64,000 nt of DNA from a virus. The stretch is taken from the IMG/VR virus record IMGVR_UViG_3300028800_000069, positions 18,728 through 82,727 of that record, one strand, 5' to 3'. This document shows, in pieces, positions 9,803 through 19,483 of this stretch (position 1 is the first letter of the stretch; each line of letters starts with the position of its first letter). The position numbers and the translations under genes were made by a program. The notes below the pieces were generated by a model. The model was not told the origin of the DNA. It saw only the letters and a list, made by a program, of their open reading frames with translations, and searched no databases.

Positions 9803-9867
9803 GCACTCAGCGCATGAACCTGTACGCCATGCGCTGGAATGTTCGCACCTCATCGAAGGAGCACACC

Positions 9868-10515
9868 ATGACCAGCAACAAGCGCACCATCGCCCTATCG
9901 GAATTGGCATTAGAAATAGCCTATAAGCTGCACTCAAACCATGGGCAGGCGTGGGAGTTTGTTAAGCCTACCGAAGACGTGTACAGCGTTTACCTACGCA
10001 ACGGCAGCGGTGCACGCATCTACCTGCAATTCGACAGCAGCAAAGGCTATGACCTGAACGACCGCGTACTGGTCACTGGTCACATGCACCTTGGCAAGAA
10101 TGGATCGTACGTTGAAGTGTACGACCGTGGGGCGGATGGCACAGGCTGGACCAAAGTATCAGCACCGCGTATTACCTCCGCATTGTCCCGTGGCCCTATG
10201 GCAATCGCAAAGGATATTGCCAAGCGGTTCCTTCCCGAGTACCTTCGCGTATTCGCACTGGCACAGGCCAAAGTACAGGCCGATGCAGACTATGATGCCG
10301 CTATCACAGCGAACCTGCAGCGCTTGGCAAAGGTCGCTGGTGTGAAACTGCCATCAGCACAGCAGTACTACAACGAAGTGAACAAGTCATTCCACTTCAG
10401 CGTAGGACAGCGGTACTACGATGTGACGGCGAGCGCTAAGGATTGCTCTATGAAGATGAGCAGCCTGAGCATTGAGCAGGCTGAACACATCATCAAGTAT
10501 CTACGTGGCAAATAA
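9868..10515 (+). CDS. Early hypothetical protein
   Basis: AAGGAG RBS, 215 aa. Confidence 0.75.
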   Translation: MTSNKRTIALSELALEIAYKLHSNHGQAWEFVKPTEDVYSVYLRNGSGARIYLQFDSSKGYDLNDRVLVTGHMHLGKNGSYVEVYDRGADGTGWTKVSAPRITSALSRGPMAIAKDIAKRFLPEYLRVFALAQAKVQADADYDAAITANLQRLAKVAGVKLPSAQQYYNEVNKSFHFSVGQRYYDVTASAKDCSMKMSSLSIEQAEHIIKYLRGK

Positions 10516-10647
10516 GCACGGCGAGGCTAAGGTGCCTCGTAGTGCACACAGTGCTGGCATGTCGTGTATATGCGGCCACAGTGCCAAGCGTACACTCCAC
10601 AGTGTGCACCACGAAGCACCTAACTCGACTTCTAAGGAGATCACACC

Positions 10648-10797
10648 ATGCAAGCATTCGATTACTACCAGAAGTATCAGCGCACACCGCTTGGCAGTAC
10701 CGTGGCCACTCGCAAGGCATCAGCGCAGGACATTCGCCAAGCAACGGGCAGCGATGCCGTAGACTTCCACATCGAACAAGCAACCGCAAAGGAGTAA
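10648..10797 (+). CDS. Small hypothetical protein (49 aa)
   Basis: TAAGGAG RBS; own translation MQAFDYYQKY... Confidence 0.55.
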   Translation: MQAFDYYQKYQRTPLGSTVATRKASAQDIRQATGSDAVDFHIEQATAKE

Positions 10798-10800
10798 GCC

Positions 10801-10899
10801 ATGAACCTGAACCCGTTGCTCACCGAAGCACTGTACGAACTTGGCCCACTGGTAGGATGGATCGTTCTGTGCGTCGTAGTCTTTGCGTACCTGAGCTAA
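10801..10899 (+). CDS. Small membrane peptide (32 aa)
   Basis: AAGGAG RBS; hydrophobic LVGWIVLCVVVFAYLS. Confidence 0.5.
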   Translation: MNLNPLLTEALYELGPLVGWIVLCVVVFAYLS

Positions 10900-11055
10900 G
10901 GAGACCTTTATGCCGTGGTGCTATCAAGGATTGCTGAGCCGTGCTGATGCAAGGCGCTGGGGTCACTACTGGACAACTCTAGGCTGGTCTGTTAGACTGC
11001 AACGGACACGTCGAGGCAACTACCATACCTTTTTGAAGTTCCCTAGGAGGGCACA

Positions 11056-11241
11056 ATGATGGACTACAAAGACAACATTCAAGCACGCGCTGAGGAGATC
11101 GCATGGAATGATTACGACTGCGACTTCTACGACTTGTCTGACGAGTTGCAAGACAAGGTGTACGCATTAGCCACAGACGGTTATGTAGACAGCATGGCCG
11201 CTCGCGCTGATTACCTGAACGACATTGCAAAGGAGAACTGA
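11056..11241 (+). CDS. Small acidic protein
   Basis: AGGAGG RBS; D/E-rich. Confidence 0.7.
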   Translation: MMDYKDNIQARAEEIAWNDYDCDFYDLSDELQDKVYALATDGYVDSMAARADYLNDIAKEN

Positions 11242-11243
11242 CC

Positions 11244-11420
11244 ATGGAATACGCAGAGGGCACACTTGAGAAGTTGCACGCACTGCGAAGGCTTGCTCTG
11301 TACAACTTGCCTTTGTACTGGGCGTTGACTCTTGCAATAGACTTCTTATTGCACGTGCCACAGAACAAGGTGGACGAGGACATCGAACGAGTACGCACTG
11401 TCCACGGCTGGAGGAGCTAA
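11244..11420 (+). CDS. Small Cys-rich protein (58 aa)
   Basis: AAGGAG RBS; CxxC pairs. Confidence 0.5.
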   Translation: MEYAEGTLEKLHALRRLALYNLPLYWALTLAIDFLLHVPQNKVDEDIERVRTVHGWRS

Positions 11421-11447
11421 GTTAGTAACTGAGCAGAGAGCACATCG

Positions 11448-11598
11448 CTGTGTCCTCTGCTCTACTCTCTTAAAGTTCATGTCAGTGGACTGGCGCAGGT
11501 TCGAGTCCTGCCCTGTCAAGAGTAGTTGTGTGGGCCTGACAGCCTGCGCAGCGAAGACAGTGTGTGGAAGCCAAAGGAGAGTAGAGCAGATGGCACAG
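11448..11598 (+). ncRNA. Structured RNA with tRNA T-arm inside a ~22-bp closing stem (Y-RNA-like architecture)
   Basis: CTGTGTC-C-TCTGCTCTACTCTC pairs with GAGAGTAGAGCAGA-T-GGCACAG; GCAGG-TTCGAGT-CCTGC at 11495-11511. Confidence 0.6.
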
Positions 11599-11617
11599 AT
11601 ATTACAAAGGAGACAAC

Positions 11618-11830
11618 ATGACGCCACAAGCCGCGAAGTCTATCATCTTCAAAGCGCTGAAAGACCTAGGCCACAATCCATTTCAATACAAACTGACTGC
11701 TCGCACAATTGACTTCAGCGACTTAGCACGCTCTGCTTGCGTGTTTGTGCGAGTGCAAGGATGGGAACCACATCCTGACTGGTTATTACTGAAGGCAGAA
11801 GCGAAGCGACACGGGTTCTGCATCGAATAA
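11618..11830 (+). CDS. Hypothetical protein
   Basis: AAGGAG RBS. Confidence 0.7.
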   Translation: MTPQAAKSIIFKALKDLGHNPFQYKLTARTIDFSDLARSACVFVRVQGWEPHPDWLLLKAEAKRHGFCIE

Positions 11831-11840
11831 GGAGCACACC

Positions 11841-12023
11841 ATGCATTACATTGCATTTCTAGACCATCCAAACCGACGCGTGGAAGTAGAAGGGGAAACC
11901 TTCTTAGCAGCACAGCATCAGGCAGCTATGTTGCTAAGCACGCGCAGAGAGCATGACATCTACCTGATAGAGACTCCGCAACGCTACACCATTGCAGAGT
12001 TCGAAGCAGACACGGAGGAGTGA
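11841..12023 (+). CDS. Hypothetical protein
   Basis: TAAGGAG RBS. Confidence 0.65.
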   Translation: MHYIAFLDHPNRRVEVEGETFLAAQHQAAMLLSTRREHDIYLIETPQRYTIAEFEADTEE

Positions 12024-12026
12024 ACC

Positions 12027-12257
12027 ATGACGCGCAACCGAGACGTAGCGCATCGCAATGACTATGACTGCTACTGCTACCACCTCCTTTGCACTGCTGC
12101 TCAGGAACTGGTACGGTATACCGCGCTGGGATATGACTGCTTCCTGTTTTCGGAGACCTATGGACGAGACAGGCAGACAGTCTACTATCTAGCGCACAAG
12201 AAGCTCAATAAGCCTACGCGCACACAGCGTGGCGCTAGTTTAGGGAGGGCAGCATGA
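12027..12257 (+). CDS. Hypothetical protein
   Basis: GGAGGAG RBS. Confidence 0.55.
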   Translation: MTRNRDVAHRNDYDCYCYHLLCTAAQELVRYTALGYDCFLFSETYGRDRQTVYYLAHKKLNKPTRTQRGASLGRAA

Positions 12258-12475
12258 GCACTGCATCAAAAGTAGCAGCGCACAAAGCAAAGCACCCAGA
12301 GCTATACTGTTTGCAACATGGATGCCTGTGGCGTATACCTGAAGATGTTTTGTTCTGTCCGCGACATAGGAATCGCCGCAAAGAAGCACCGTACATTGCA
12401 CAAGCACGGCAGATTGCCACGATGTACAACACACTCGCACAGGCTGAAGCGCGGCCTGACTTGGAGGAACAATGA
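12254..12475 (+). CDS. Small Zn-binding protein
   Basis: ATGA overlap; C..GCLW...CPRH. Confidence 0.65.
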   Translation: MSTASKVAAHKAKHPELYCLQHGCLWRIPEDVLFCPRHRNRRKEAPYIAQARQIATMYNTLAQAEARPDLEEQ

Positions 12476-13233
12476 CTGAATGGTGGGAAGACTACGACAA
12501 CGACCCAGATTACTTTGATGGGAAACGTGCTCCGGTAGAGGGCGAAGTACATAACGGGTTCCCTGATGAAGAAACAGAAATGGATGTTGACTACCCTGAC
12601 CCCGAAGTTGAGGACGCCGAGAACAACCACGGCCAACCACCAGAGCCAGCCTCCGAATACTACGAGAACATTACACCAAAGCGTTGCAGCGATGCCTGCG
12701 ATGTATGGGTGTATGAGTATGCAGGCTGTTGGTACAATTACAACACAGGCATCGCGCATACTTGTGGCTACGATCCTGAAGTGGAAGACCATCGTAATGA
12801 CTACATGCCAACAATGGAATACGTTCTGGGGAAACCCAAGGAGAACACAATGAACAACGTTAAGGTAATTCAACGCCCCACTCGCGGCATCTCTGCGCAG
12901 TCCCTGAAGATTGGGGAGTTCGCACGCATCTCTGAACCCACTGGCGACTCGCATATCGGAGACATCGTACTCAAGACGCGCACGAACGTGGTGAACATCA
13001 CGAACCCGAATGTGGTGTGGGATTCACCGTTCTCTTCTCCGTTTGTCGAGCGCTTGAACACTGGTGATACATTGCAAATAACCGTTGGCCTGACGACCGA
13101 CTTCGAAACGCGCATCCGTGACATTGCCAAGAACAACAACAAGATTCTGGCAATCAAGGAAGTGCGCGAAGCAACCAACTGGGGATTGAAGGAGTCGAAG
13201 GAGTACGTTGAATCTCTGATGTTGCAGTTCTAA
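12472..13233 (+). CDS. Protein with C-terminal ribosomal protein L7/L12 CTD-like domain (likely internal start at 12850)
   Basis: KILAIKEVREATNWGLKESKEYVE matches L7/L12 CTD; AAGGAG RBS before in-frame ATG 12850. Confidence 0.75.
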   Translation: MTEWWEDYDNDPDYFDGKRAPVEGEVHNGFPDEETEMDVDYPDPEVEDAENNHGQPPEPASEYYENITPKRCSDACDVWVYEYAGCWYNYNTGIAHTCGYDPEVEDHRNDYMPTMEYVLGKPKENTMNNVKVIQRPTRGISAQSLKIGEFARISEPTGDSHIGDIVLKTRTNVVNITNPNVVWDSPFSSPFVERLNTGDTLQITVGLTTDFETRIRDIAKNNNKILAIKEVREATNWGLKESKEYVESLMLQF

Positions 13234-13243
13234 GGAGACCACT

Positions 13244-13534
13244 ATGACCAGCGCTGATTATTCCACCATACCGAGTTCAGCGCTGGTTGCGCTGGCTCAA
13301 CTGATCCTAACCCGTGCTAAGCTTTCTCTACCATGCACAACACGTGAGCAGGCTTTACGCGTGATCCAAGGTGTAAAGCCTGCACCTCCCCGTCGTTCTC
13401 CACTCAACATCAAGACTCATGTGCCTACGTGCTTCGTGTGCCACAAGCCAATGCCTAACGGTTCGCTGTGCGATTCGCTAGGCCGCGTGCATATCAACTG
13501 CCAAGGAGATCGCAATGAAACCCGCAAAGCATGA
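13244..13534 (+). CDS. Hypothetical Zn-finger protein
   Basis: TAAGGAG RBS; CFVC...HINC. Confidence 0.55.
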   Translation: MTSADYSTIPSSALVALAQLILTRAKLSLPCTTREQALRVIQGVKPAPPRRSPLNIKTHVPTCFVCHKPMPNGSLCDSLGRVHINCQGDRNETRKA

Positions 13535-14075
13535 AATTCGATGCGCCTCACATCTAGTACCTATGCTCAATCCAAAGCGTGCAAAGTTCACGGCCAAGCA
13601 GGTTGTAAGGATGATACGTGAGCGCAAGCTGGAGTTTGATGCAATCGCGTGCCGTGGTATCTCTGGTCTGTTGATTGCTCCGATTGTGGCGATGCGTCTG
13701 AACAAAACTCTCATCGTAGTTCGCAAGGGTGAGAAGACGCATAGCTGCTACGAAGTAGAGGGAGACCACGGAGCTAAGCGTTACCTCATCCTAGATGACT
13801 TCATTGACTGTGGAGATACAGTCAGAGCGATCACAGAGCAAATCTTTGTAGTGAACCAAGGTGCTCGCTGTGTGGGTTTCATTGCCTATAAGCGCTTGTC
13901 CTTTGATACAGACGAGCCATTTGAAAGACAGATGGATCGAGCGTGGTGGGACCAAGAGACCACGGACATTAACAGGTTCTTTCCCGAAGAGTACGTTGCA
14001 CGATTGGAGGAGGGGTTCGAAAGTTTAGCCTTAGCACTGGCCGATAAAGTCAAAAGAAATTGGAGGCATTTATGA
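13515..14075 (+). CDS. Type I phosphoribosyltransferase domain protein
   Basis: PRPP-binding loop YLILDDFIDCGDT; IVVRK. Confidence 0.85.
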   Translation: MKPAKHEIRCASHLVPMLNPKRAKFTAKQVVRMIRERKLEFDAIACRGISGLLIAPIVAMRLNKTLIVVRKGEKTHSCYEVEGDHGAKRYLILDDFIDCGDTVRAITEQIFVVNQGARCVGFIAYKRLSFDTDEPFERQMDRAWWDQETTDINRFFPEEYVARLEEGFESLALALADKVKRNWRHL

Positions 14076-14623
14076 CTTGGTTAATCAAAGCTACTCGCAG
14101 AGGAAACGCTACAGACACACAGACATTTGTAGCTATGGACGGCACAGCACCATGTGAAACAAGACAGCAGGCAGTGAAGCGCGTAGCAGACTTCAACGCG
14201 TACAACGAGTTTTGGACCTACGAACTGGTGGAGCACGTGACTCAAGAAAAGGAGAGCACTGTAATACGAGATTGGGTAAAAGGTTGGAACTGGGGTTTGA
14301 CTGGGCCGAACACTCCCTCTACACCTACTGTGGGAATGGCATGTGCCGTACACGACCATAACAAAGCAATGGACAATTGGAAGCAGGGACAGCCATTTCC
14401 CAAGTCTCCTACTTGGTTTGACTACTACATTCCCATCGCATGTGGCACAGACACTGTGGCGATTGCTGTGGGGCCTGACCGCGAGGCGACAGCAGATTTT
14501 ATTGTCAAAGCATGCGTCATGGAGCAGGAACTGGCGATTGCAAAGGAACGCATTGCGGCATTGGAGCGCACCCTGCAAAGTCTCAAGGACGTTGTAGTAG
14601 ATCGCATCAAGGAGGTGTTATGA
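14072..14623 (+). CDS. Hypothetical protein
   Basis: GGAGG RBS, ATGA overlap. Confidence 0.65.
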   Translation: MTWLIKATRRGNATDTQTFVAMDGTAPCETRQQAVKRVADFNAYNEFWTYELVEHVTQEKESTVIRDWVKGWNWGLTGPNTPSTPTVGMACAVHDHNKAMDNWKQGQPFPKSPTWFDYYIPIACGTDTVAIAVGPDREATADFIVKACVMEQELAIAKERIAALERTLQSLKDVVVDRIKEVL

Positions 14624-14799
14624 CACTTCTGCACACTTGCATTCTGATCCTAGTTGCCGTAGCTACCTTGGTGGTGGGCTTTGCATTCGGTTTGTGCATC
14701 ACTGCCAAGCGAGCCGATGAGGCAATGTCTCGCGCAATGGGGAAGTACGATGAAGACCACAACGATCCTAACAACAGTGGCACATTCGATCCGAAGTAA
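14620..14799 (+). CDS. Small membrane protein
   Basis: AAGGAGG RBS; N-terminal TM helix. Confidence 0.6.
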   Translation: MTLLHTCILILVAVATLVVGFAFGLCITAKRADEAMSRAMGKYDEDHNDPNNSGTFDPK

Positions 14800-14815
14800 T
14801 TTCAAAGGAGACATA

Positions 14816-15445
14816 ATGAAGAGTTACATCGTCGTGTTCCTCATGTTTATCGTGTCCTCGCTTTGCTGGGGACAGAACATTGTGCACCCGTACGTTGCTG
14901 CTGGAGCCGTGCTGAATGGCTCTGGACAAGACAACATAGGTGGCTCTGGAGTCACAGGGATCATCGTGGATGCACCACACCTCTTCTCATACAGCGAAGC
15001 AGGGTATGAGACCGGAGGCAAGACCAACGACAACGCGAATGTGAGTCACAAAGGCCACGACCGATTCCTAGCGAACGAGACCTTGTTTCGCAAAGGTGAT
15101 TGGTACGCAGGTGCAGGGATCGACTGGTTGAAGCTATACACTCCTGCCTACACTAAGAGCCATGTGCACCCTCGCGTGACTGTGGGCCGAGAGTTCCATG
15201 GAGGCTATGTTAACAAAGTGCTCATCTCGTACGTGCATCCCGGCACCGATTGGCAAAACGGAGTGCAGGGAGTAGAGGCACAGGCGTGGTGGACTTTCAA
15301 TCACGTATTCTTTCGCATGACGGCTGGTGGGTACATCGACCATGATACGCTCACTGACCGCAACAACAAGCCAATGACAGCCGTGCAGCTATCACGCCAC
15401 AGCTTGACAAGCAAAGCGCAGTTTCTGATCGGATACCGATTCTAA
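14816..15445 (+). CDS. Putative outer-membrane beta-barrel protein
   Basis: Signal peptide MKSYIVVFLMFIVSSLCWG/Q; amphipathic strands; C-terminal LIGYRF beta-signal. Confidence 0.65.
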   Translation: MKSYIVVFLMFIVSSLCWGQNIVHPYVAAGAVLNGSGQDNIGGSGVTGIIVDAPHLFSYSEAGYETGGKTNDNANVSHKGHDRFLANETLFRKGDWYAGAGIDWLKLYTPAYTKSHVHPRVTVGREFHGGYVNKVLISYVHPGTDWQNGVQGVEAQAWWTFNHVFFRMTAGGYIDHDTLTDRNNKPMTAVQLSRHSLTSKAQFLIGYRF

Positions 15446-15643
15446 AGGGAGAAACTATGAAACCAGTAACGCACAAAGCAAAGAAGGCCGCTAAGAAGTT
15501 GTTCAAGAAGCTTCCACACACAACCCGTCCTTTCTCCTCGGAAGATTACAAGAACCTTCCCAAGGAGTAAACTAGTAACAGCGCAGGTTATGCCCTGCGC
15601 GAACTGTCATGCCTCGTTTAACTACTGGTAGAGGGACCACCAC

Positions 15644-15907
15644 TTGGCAGTTCGCGGAGGGCATCATGCATGGCTTTCCTTTAAAAAATTCGGAAGAGTT
15701 CGCAAGCAGATGCACAAAGCCAAACGTAAGTTTACTACAGAGCAGGCTGCTAGAGAGTTCCCAGCGCACGGCATACGCTCCGTGTACCTGTGTCCTTTCT
15801 GCTGCATGTATCACATCTCTACGCACGAACATACACCGCGCCATGAACAAGAGCGCTGGTGGATAATCTGGAACAAAGAAATAGGAGAACAACAACATGC
15901 CGTTTAA
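15644..15907 (+). CDS. Small Zn-binding protein (start uncertain)
   Basis: YLCPFCCMYHIS motif. Confidence 0.5.
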   Translation: MAVRGGHHAWLSFKKFGRVRKQMHKAKRKFTTEQAAREFPAHGIRSVYLCPFCCMYHISTHEHTPRHEQERWWIIWNKEIGEQQHAV

Positions 15908-16811
15908 ACCAATGCTCGCGCCCAACGAAACACCAGACTTCAGTACATTGCGGTTCCCGTTGCTCTCTTCTACAAAGCTGGATGGAATACGCGCTACGTT
16001 GCAAGGTGGACAGCTTCTTAGCAGAAGCCTGAAGCCAATTCCTAACCGCTATGTGCAGGAGCGCTTCACTAACCTAGGACTGCCCGAAGGTCTGGACGGA
16101 GAGTTAATCTGTGGCAATCCGTTTGACGACCCATACAAGCGCACGCACAGCATTGTGATGAGCGACGATAAGCCTCTGGACTTCTACGGAGACACAGTGC
16201 GCTGGCGCATCTTCGACAAGTATGATAAGGACATGGGATTCCGTGACCGTCACAACACGGCTCGCGTAGCAGTGCTAGACAATCCCAGTCCGTATGTAGT
16301 CATAGTCCCCCATGTAGTCCTAAACAGCGTAGAAGAGCTAGAAGCATTCGAACGCAATACGCTGGCACTGGGCTACGAAGGTGTCATGCTTCGTAGCATG
16401 GATGGTCCGTACAAACAAGGGCGTAGCACACTCAACCAAGGTTGGCTCCTGAAGGTAAAGCGCTATCAGGAAGCAGAAGCGCTAATCATGGACACGTACG
16501 CAGAGATGGAGAACACCAATGAAGAGTTCACGAACGAACTGGGTCGCACGGCTCGCTCATCTGCAAAAGCTGGGAAAGTTGCAAAGGCTCAGCTTGGTGG
16601 ATTCCACGTCATCGGCCAAGGTGCCTTCTACAACGGCATCGACTTCGATGTGCCAAACTCCAGCATCACGCATGAAGATCGCAAAACGCTATGGGAAAAG
16701 CGTGACGATCTGAAAGGCAAACTGCTGGTTTATAAGTTCTTTCCATGTGGATCAGACGTAAGGCCGAGGCATCCAGTGTTCAAATGGTTCCGCGACAGGA
16801 GGGATGTATGA
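15897..16811 (+). CDS. lig: ATP-dependent DNA ligase
   Basis: KLDGIR adenylation motif, LDGELI, GYEGVMLR, LLKVK, RHPVF. Confidence 0.95.
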   Translation: MPFKPMLAPNETPDFSTLRFPLLSSTKLDGIRATLQGGQLLSRSLKPIPNRYVQERFTNLGLPEGLDGELICGNPFDDPYKRTHSIVMSDDKPLDFYGDTVRWRIFDKYDKDMGFRDRHNTARVAVLDNPSPYVVIVPHVVLNSVEELEAFERNTLALGYEGVMLRSMDGPYKQGRSTLNQGWLLKVKRYQEAEALIMDTYAEMENTNEEFTNELGRTARSSAKAGKVAKAQLGGFHVIGQGAFYNGIDFDVPNSSITHEDRKTLWEKRDDLKGKLLVYKFFPCGSDVRPRHPVFKWFRDRRDV

Positions 16812-17167
16812 GCGAAGATTGCCATAGTTCTGAAAACGTTCCGCGTATACAAGCGCAATGCGCTGAGTGCGGTTTTCTATTCGACCTGTGCAAAGGCACA
16901 GATTGTCCTGCCTGTCACCACACTGGTGTCAGGTGGGCGCGGCTGGTGAATGAAGATGAAGAGGTAGCCTGCGGATTGATTGCGCAGCAACGCATGCGTC
17001 GAAGGTTAGATGCGTGGGCGAATGAAGAGGAGATGCGCAGGGCAATGCGTAGCTTTTCGCAAGGCATCCAGTACAGCAACGAGACTGGGCTACCCTTGTC
17101 AAAGGATGAACGCAAGAGCATTGATGAGTGTGAAGCCATCTATGCGTTGAAAGACGAAAGGCCATGA
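16808..17167 (+). CDS. Hypothetical Zn-ribbon protein
   Basis: AGGAGG RBS; CAEC...CPAC. Confidence 0.6.
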   Translation: MSEDCHSSENVPRIQAQCAECGFLFDLCKGTDCPACHHTGVRWARLVNEDEEVACGLIAQQRMRRRLDAWANEEEMRRAMRSFSQGIQYSNETGLPLSKDERKSIDECEAIYALKDERP

Positions 17168-17535
17168 AACACGCATGGATACTGGCGATTCTCACTACCA
17201 CGTGCTTTGCTCAGGACTTCTGGACAAAGGAACGCAAGGTGGAGACCACTGGATTAGTGGCCGCTACCTTGGTGGACGGCTACACGACTCAAACATTGCT
17301 CCATCGCGGAGCGTACGAATTGAATCCTGTAGCACGTCCACTGGTAACCCATGGAACAGCAGGGCAGGTTGCAGCAGACGTGCTGGGCGTTAGCTTAGCG
17401 CTGGGCGTGCAGTATGCCTTGCATCGCACAGGTCACACCAAAGCCGCACGCTGGGCAGGCCGCATAGCTCTGGCAGCGGAGTGGGCAAACGTTGGTAGGA
17501 ACATCTACTACGTGAAGAAAGGACCAAGCCAATGA
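17164..17535 (+). CDS. Secreted or membrane protein
   Basis: Signal peptide; DGYTT...GAYELNPVARP motif; hydrophobic helices. Confidence 0.7.
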   Translation: MKHAWILAILTTTCFAQDFWTKERKVETTGLVAATLVDGYTTQTLLHRGAYELNPVARPLVTHGTAGQVAADVLGVSLALGVQYALHRTGHTKAARWAGRIALAAEWANVGRNIYYVKKGPSQ

Positions 17536-17882
17536 ACCGCTACGAGAAACTAGACCTTATCACGGGAATATTCTACATCGTGGTGTGGATAGTCATTGTG
17601 TACTTACACGCAGGAGGACCACGGTGAGAGTTAACCCAAAAGAAGAGTGGGTCAATGAACGGATGAAGCGATTGACTGCGCGTCCGTTCTGCCCCAAGTG
17701 CTTCCTCTTCTTAGAGGAGCATAACAACAGCGCGTGTGACATGCGTTATGAGGAGGACTTACCATGTGTGTCGTGTGTACCGAAGCAGCCATCGCTGGAG
17801 TCGCTGTGCTTGTTGGTTGGAGACTCTGGCTTCACCGTGTGATTAACATTCCCAGTCAACTTAACCGAGCATTGGAGGCAAC

Positions 17883-19127
17883 GTGGAAAACCTGTTTGAA
17901 GTAATCGATGCAGGCAACGGAAAGATTGTGAAGGCGTGGAAGCGTGGTGTACCTTTCGAAGAGGGAGCCATAGAGCAACTGAAGAAGACCGCACAGATGC
18001 CGTTTGTGTTCCGCCACGTAGCAGCCATGCCAGATACGCACATAGGTGTGGGAGCCACGATTGGAACTGTGCTTCCGACCAAAGGAGCATGTATACCATC
18101 AGCCGTGGGAGTGGATTTAGGCTGTGGAATGATCGCACAGCGCTACACTTTCACACGCAAAGAACTGGAAGCCGTAGGACTTGCCAAGATTCGTGCCGCG
18201 ATTGAGGCGGCAGTACCGTGCGGACGAACCAACAACGGTGGGCCGGGAGATCGCGGAGCATGGGGCAACGTGCCTCAAAACATAGTAGATGTATGGGCAC
18301 GAGAGTTCAACGATGCGTACGAAATTATGTGTGCAAAGCATCCCGGCATGAAAGCACGCAACACATACAACCAGCTTGGCACACTTGGTACAGGAAACCA
18401 CTTCATCGAACTGTCCGAGGATGAGCAGGGGCGCGTGTGGCTAGTGCTGCATTCTGGATCACGAGGGCTGGGCAATAAGATCGGAGTGTATTTCACTGAT
18501 GTTGCCAAGCAGTTGTGTGCTAAATGGTTCATCACTCTGCCTGACCCTGACCTTGCGTATCTGCCTGTAGACACGCAGGAGTTTAAGGACTACAAAGATG
18601 CTGTGCAGTTGGCGCAGAGGTTTGCATGGCAGAATCGTTTGCTGATGGTAGATCGCATTCAGCACGTGCTGTCGGATGTAATGCATGAAGTTCAAGGAGT
18701 GCAGTGGGGAGCGATTGAAGAAGTCCACTGCCATCACAACTACATTTCATGGGAGAGACACTTTGGCGAAAACATCATGGTCACTCGCAAAGGTGCAGTT
18801 CGCGTGCAGGCTGGAGAGCTTGGCATTATCCCCGGCTCTATGGGAGCACGGACCTACATCGTTGAAGGCTTGGGAAATCGTGAATCATTCTGCACGTGTT
18901 CTCATGGAGCAGGCCGAGCTATGGGACGCAAGCAAGCTGAGCGGACCTTCACTGTTGCTGAGCATGCCGCTGCGACCGCAGGTATTGAGTGTGATAAGAC
19001 AGCGGATACGCTTGACGAAACCCCAGCTTGCTACAAGTCAATCGAAGCGGTAATGGCAGCGCAGGCAGACATCGTAAAACCTGTGCACATACTCAAACAG
19101 TTCCTTAACGTGAAAGGAAAGAAATAA
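17883..19127 (+). CDS. rtcB: RtcB RNA 3'-phosphate/5'-OH ligase
   Basis: MPDTH, VGVDLGCG, GTLGTGNHFIE, LHSGSRG, HHNY, RKGA, IPGSMG, SHGAGR, DETPACYK. Confidence 0.97.
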   Translation: MENLFEVIDAGNGKIVKAWKRGVPFEEGAIEQLKKTAQMPFVFRHVAAMPDTHIGVGATIGTVLPTKGACIPSAVGVDLGCGMIAQRYTFTRKELEAVGLAKIRAAIEAAVPCGRTNNGGPGDRGAWGNVPQNIVDVWAREFNDAYEIMCAKHPGMKARNTYNQLGTLGTGNHFIELSEDEQGRVWLVLHSGSRGLGNKIGVYFTDVAKQLCAKWFITLPDPDLAYLPVDTQEFKDYKDAVQLAQRFAWQNRLLMVDRIQHVLSDVMHEVQGVQWGAIEEVHCHHNYISWERHFGENIMVTRKGAVRVQAGELGIIPGSMGARTYIVEGLGNRESFCTCSHGAGRAMGRKQAERTFTVAEHAAATAGIECDKTADTLDETPACYKSIEAVMAAQADIVKPVHILKQFLNVKGKK

Positions 19128-19128
19128 C

Positions 19129-19338
19129 ATGGCAAAACCAGCAGGCGTTACCTCGAAGCTGAAGAAAAACGACAACAAGCACCCACGCGTGCGTGAAGAG
19201 TGGATGAAAGCAAAGAAGCTTGGAAGACCAAAGCAAGTCTTTGCTGACACCCGCGTGTCTCCTGAAGAGTTCTTCCTGATGAGTGATGCAGAAATCCTAG
19301 CATTGCCCAAGCCATGGTGGGAGAAGGTGTCGCAATGA
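19129..19338 (+). CDS. Hypothetical basic protein
   Basis: ORF directly after rtcB. Confidence 0.55.
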   Translation: MAKPAGVTSKLKKNDNKHPRVREEWMKAKKLGRPKQVFADTRVSPEEFFLMSDAEILALPKPWWEKVSQ

Positions 19339-19483
19339 GTAAAGGCTGCGGCAAACTCGACAACAACGGCAGGGCGGTTAGTGGTTCCGCTTTGCCGTGC
19401 GGAACGCGTTTAACGTATGGTGTGGGCAAAGAGCCGCGCCGGACAGACGTGCACTTATGCAAAGAGTGCTCAAAGGAGGAGCC

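Noticed and set aside
7250-13245. Recurrent TAAGGAGACC / AGGAGCACACC motifs as a novel repeat family
   Set aside because: Explained as strong Shine-Dalgarno sequences with similar spacers.
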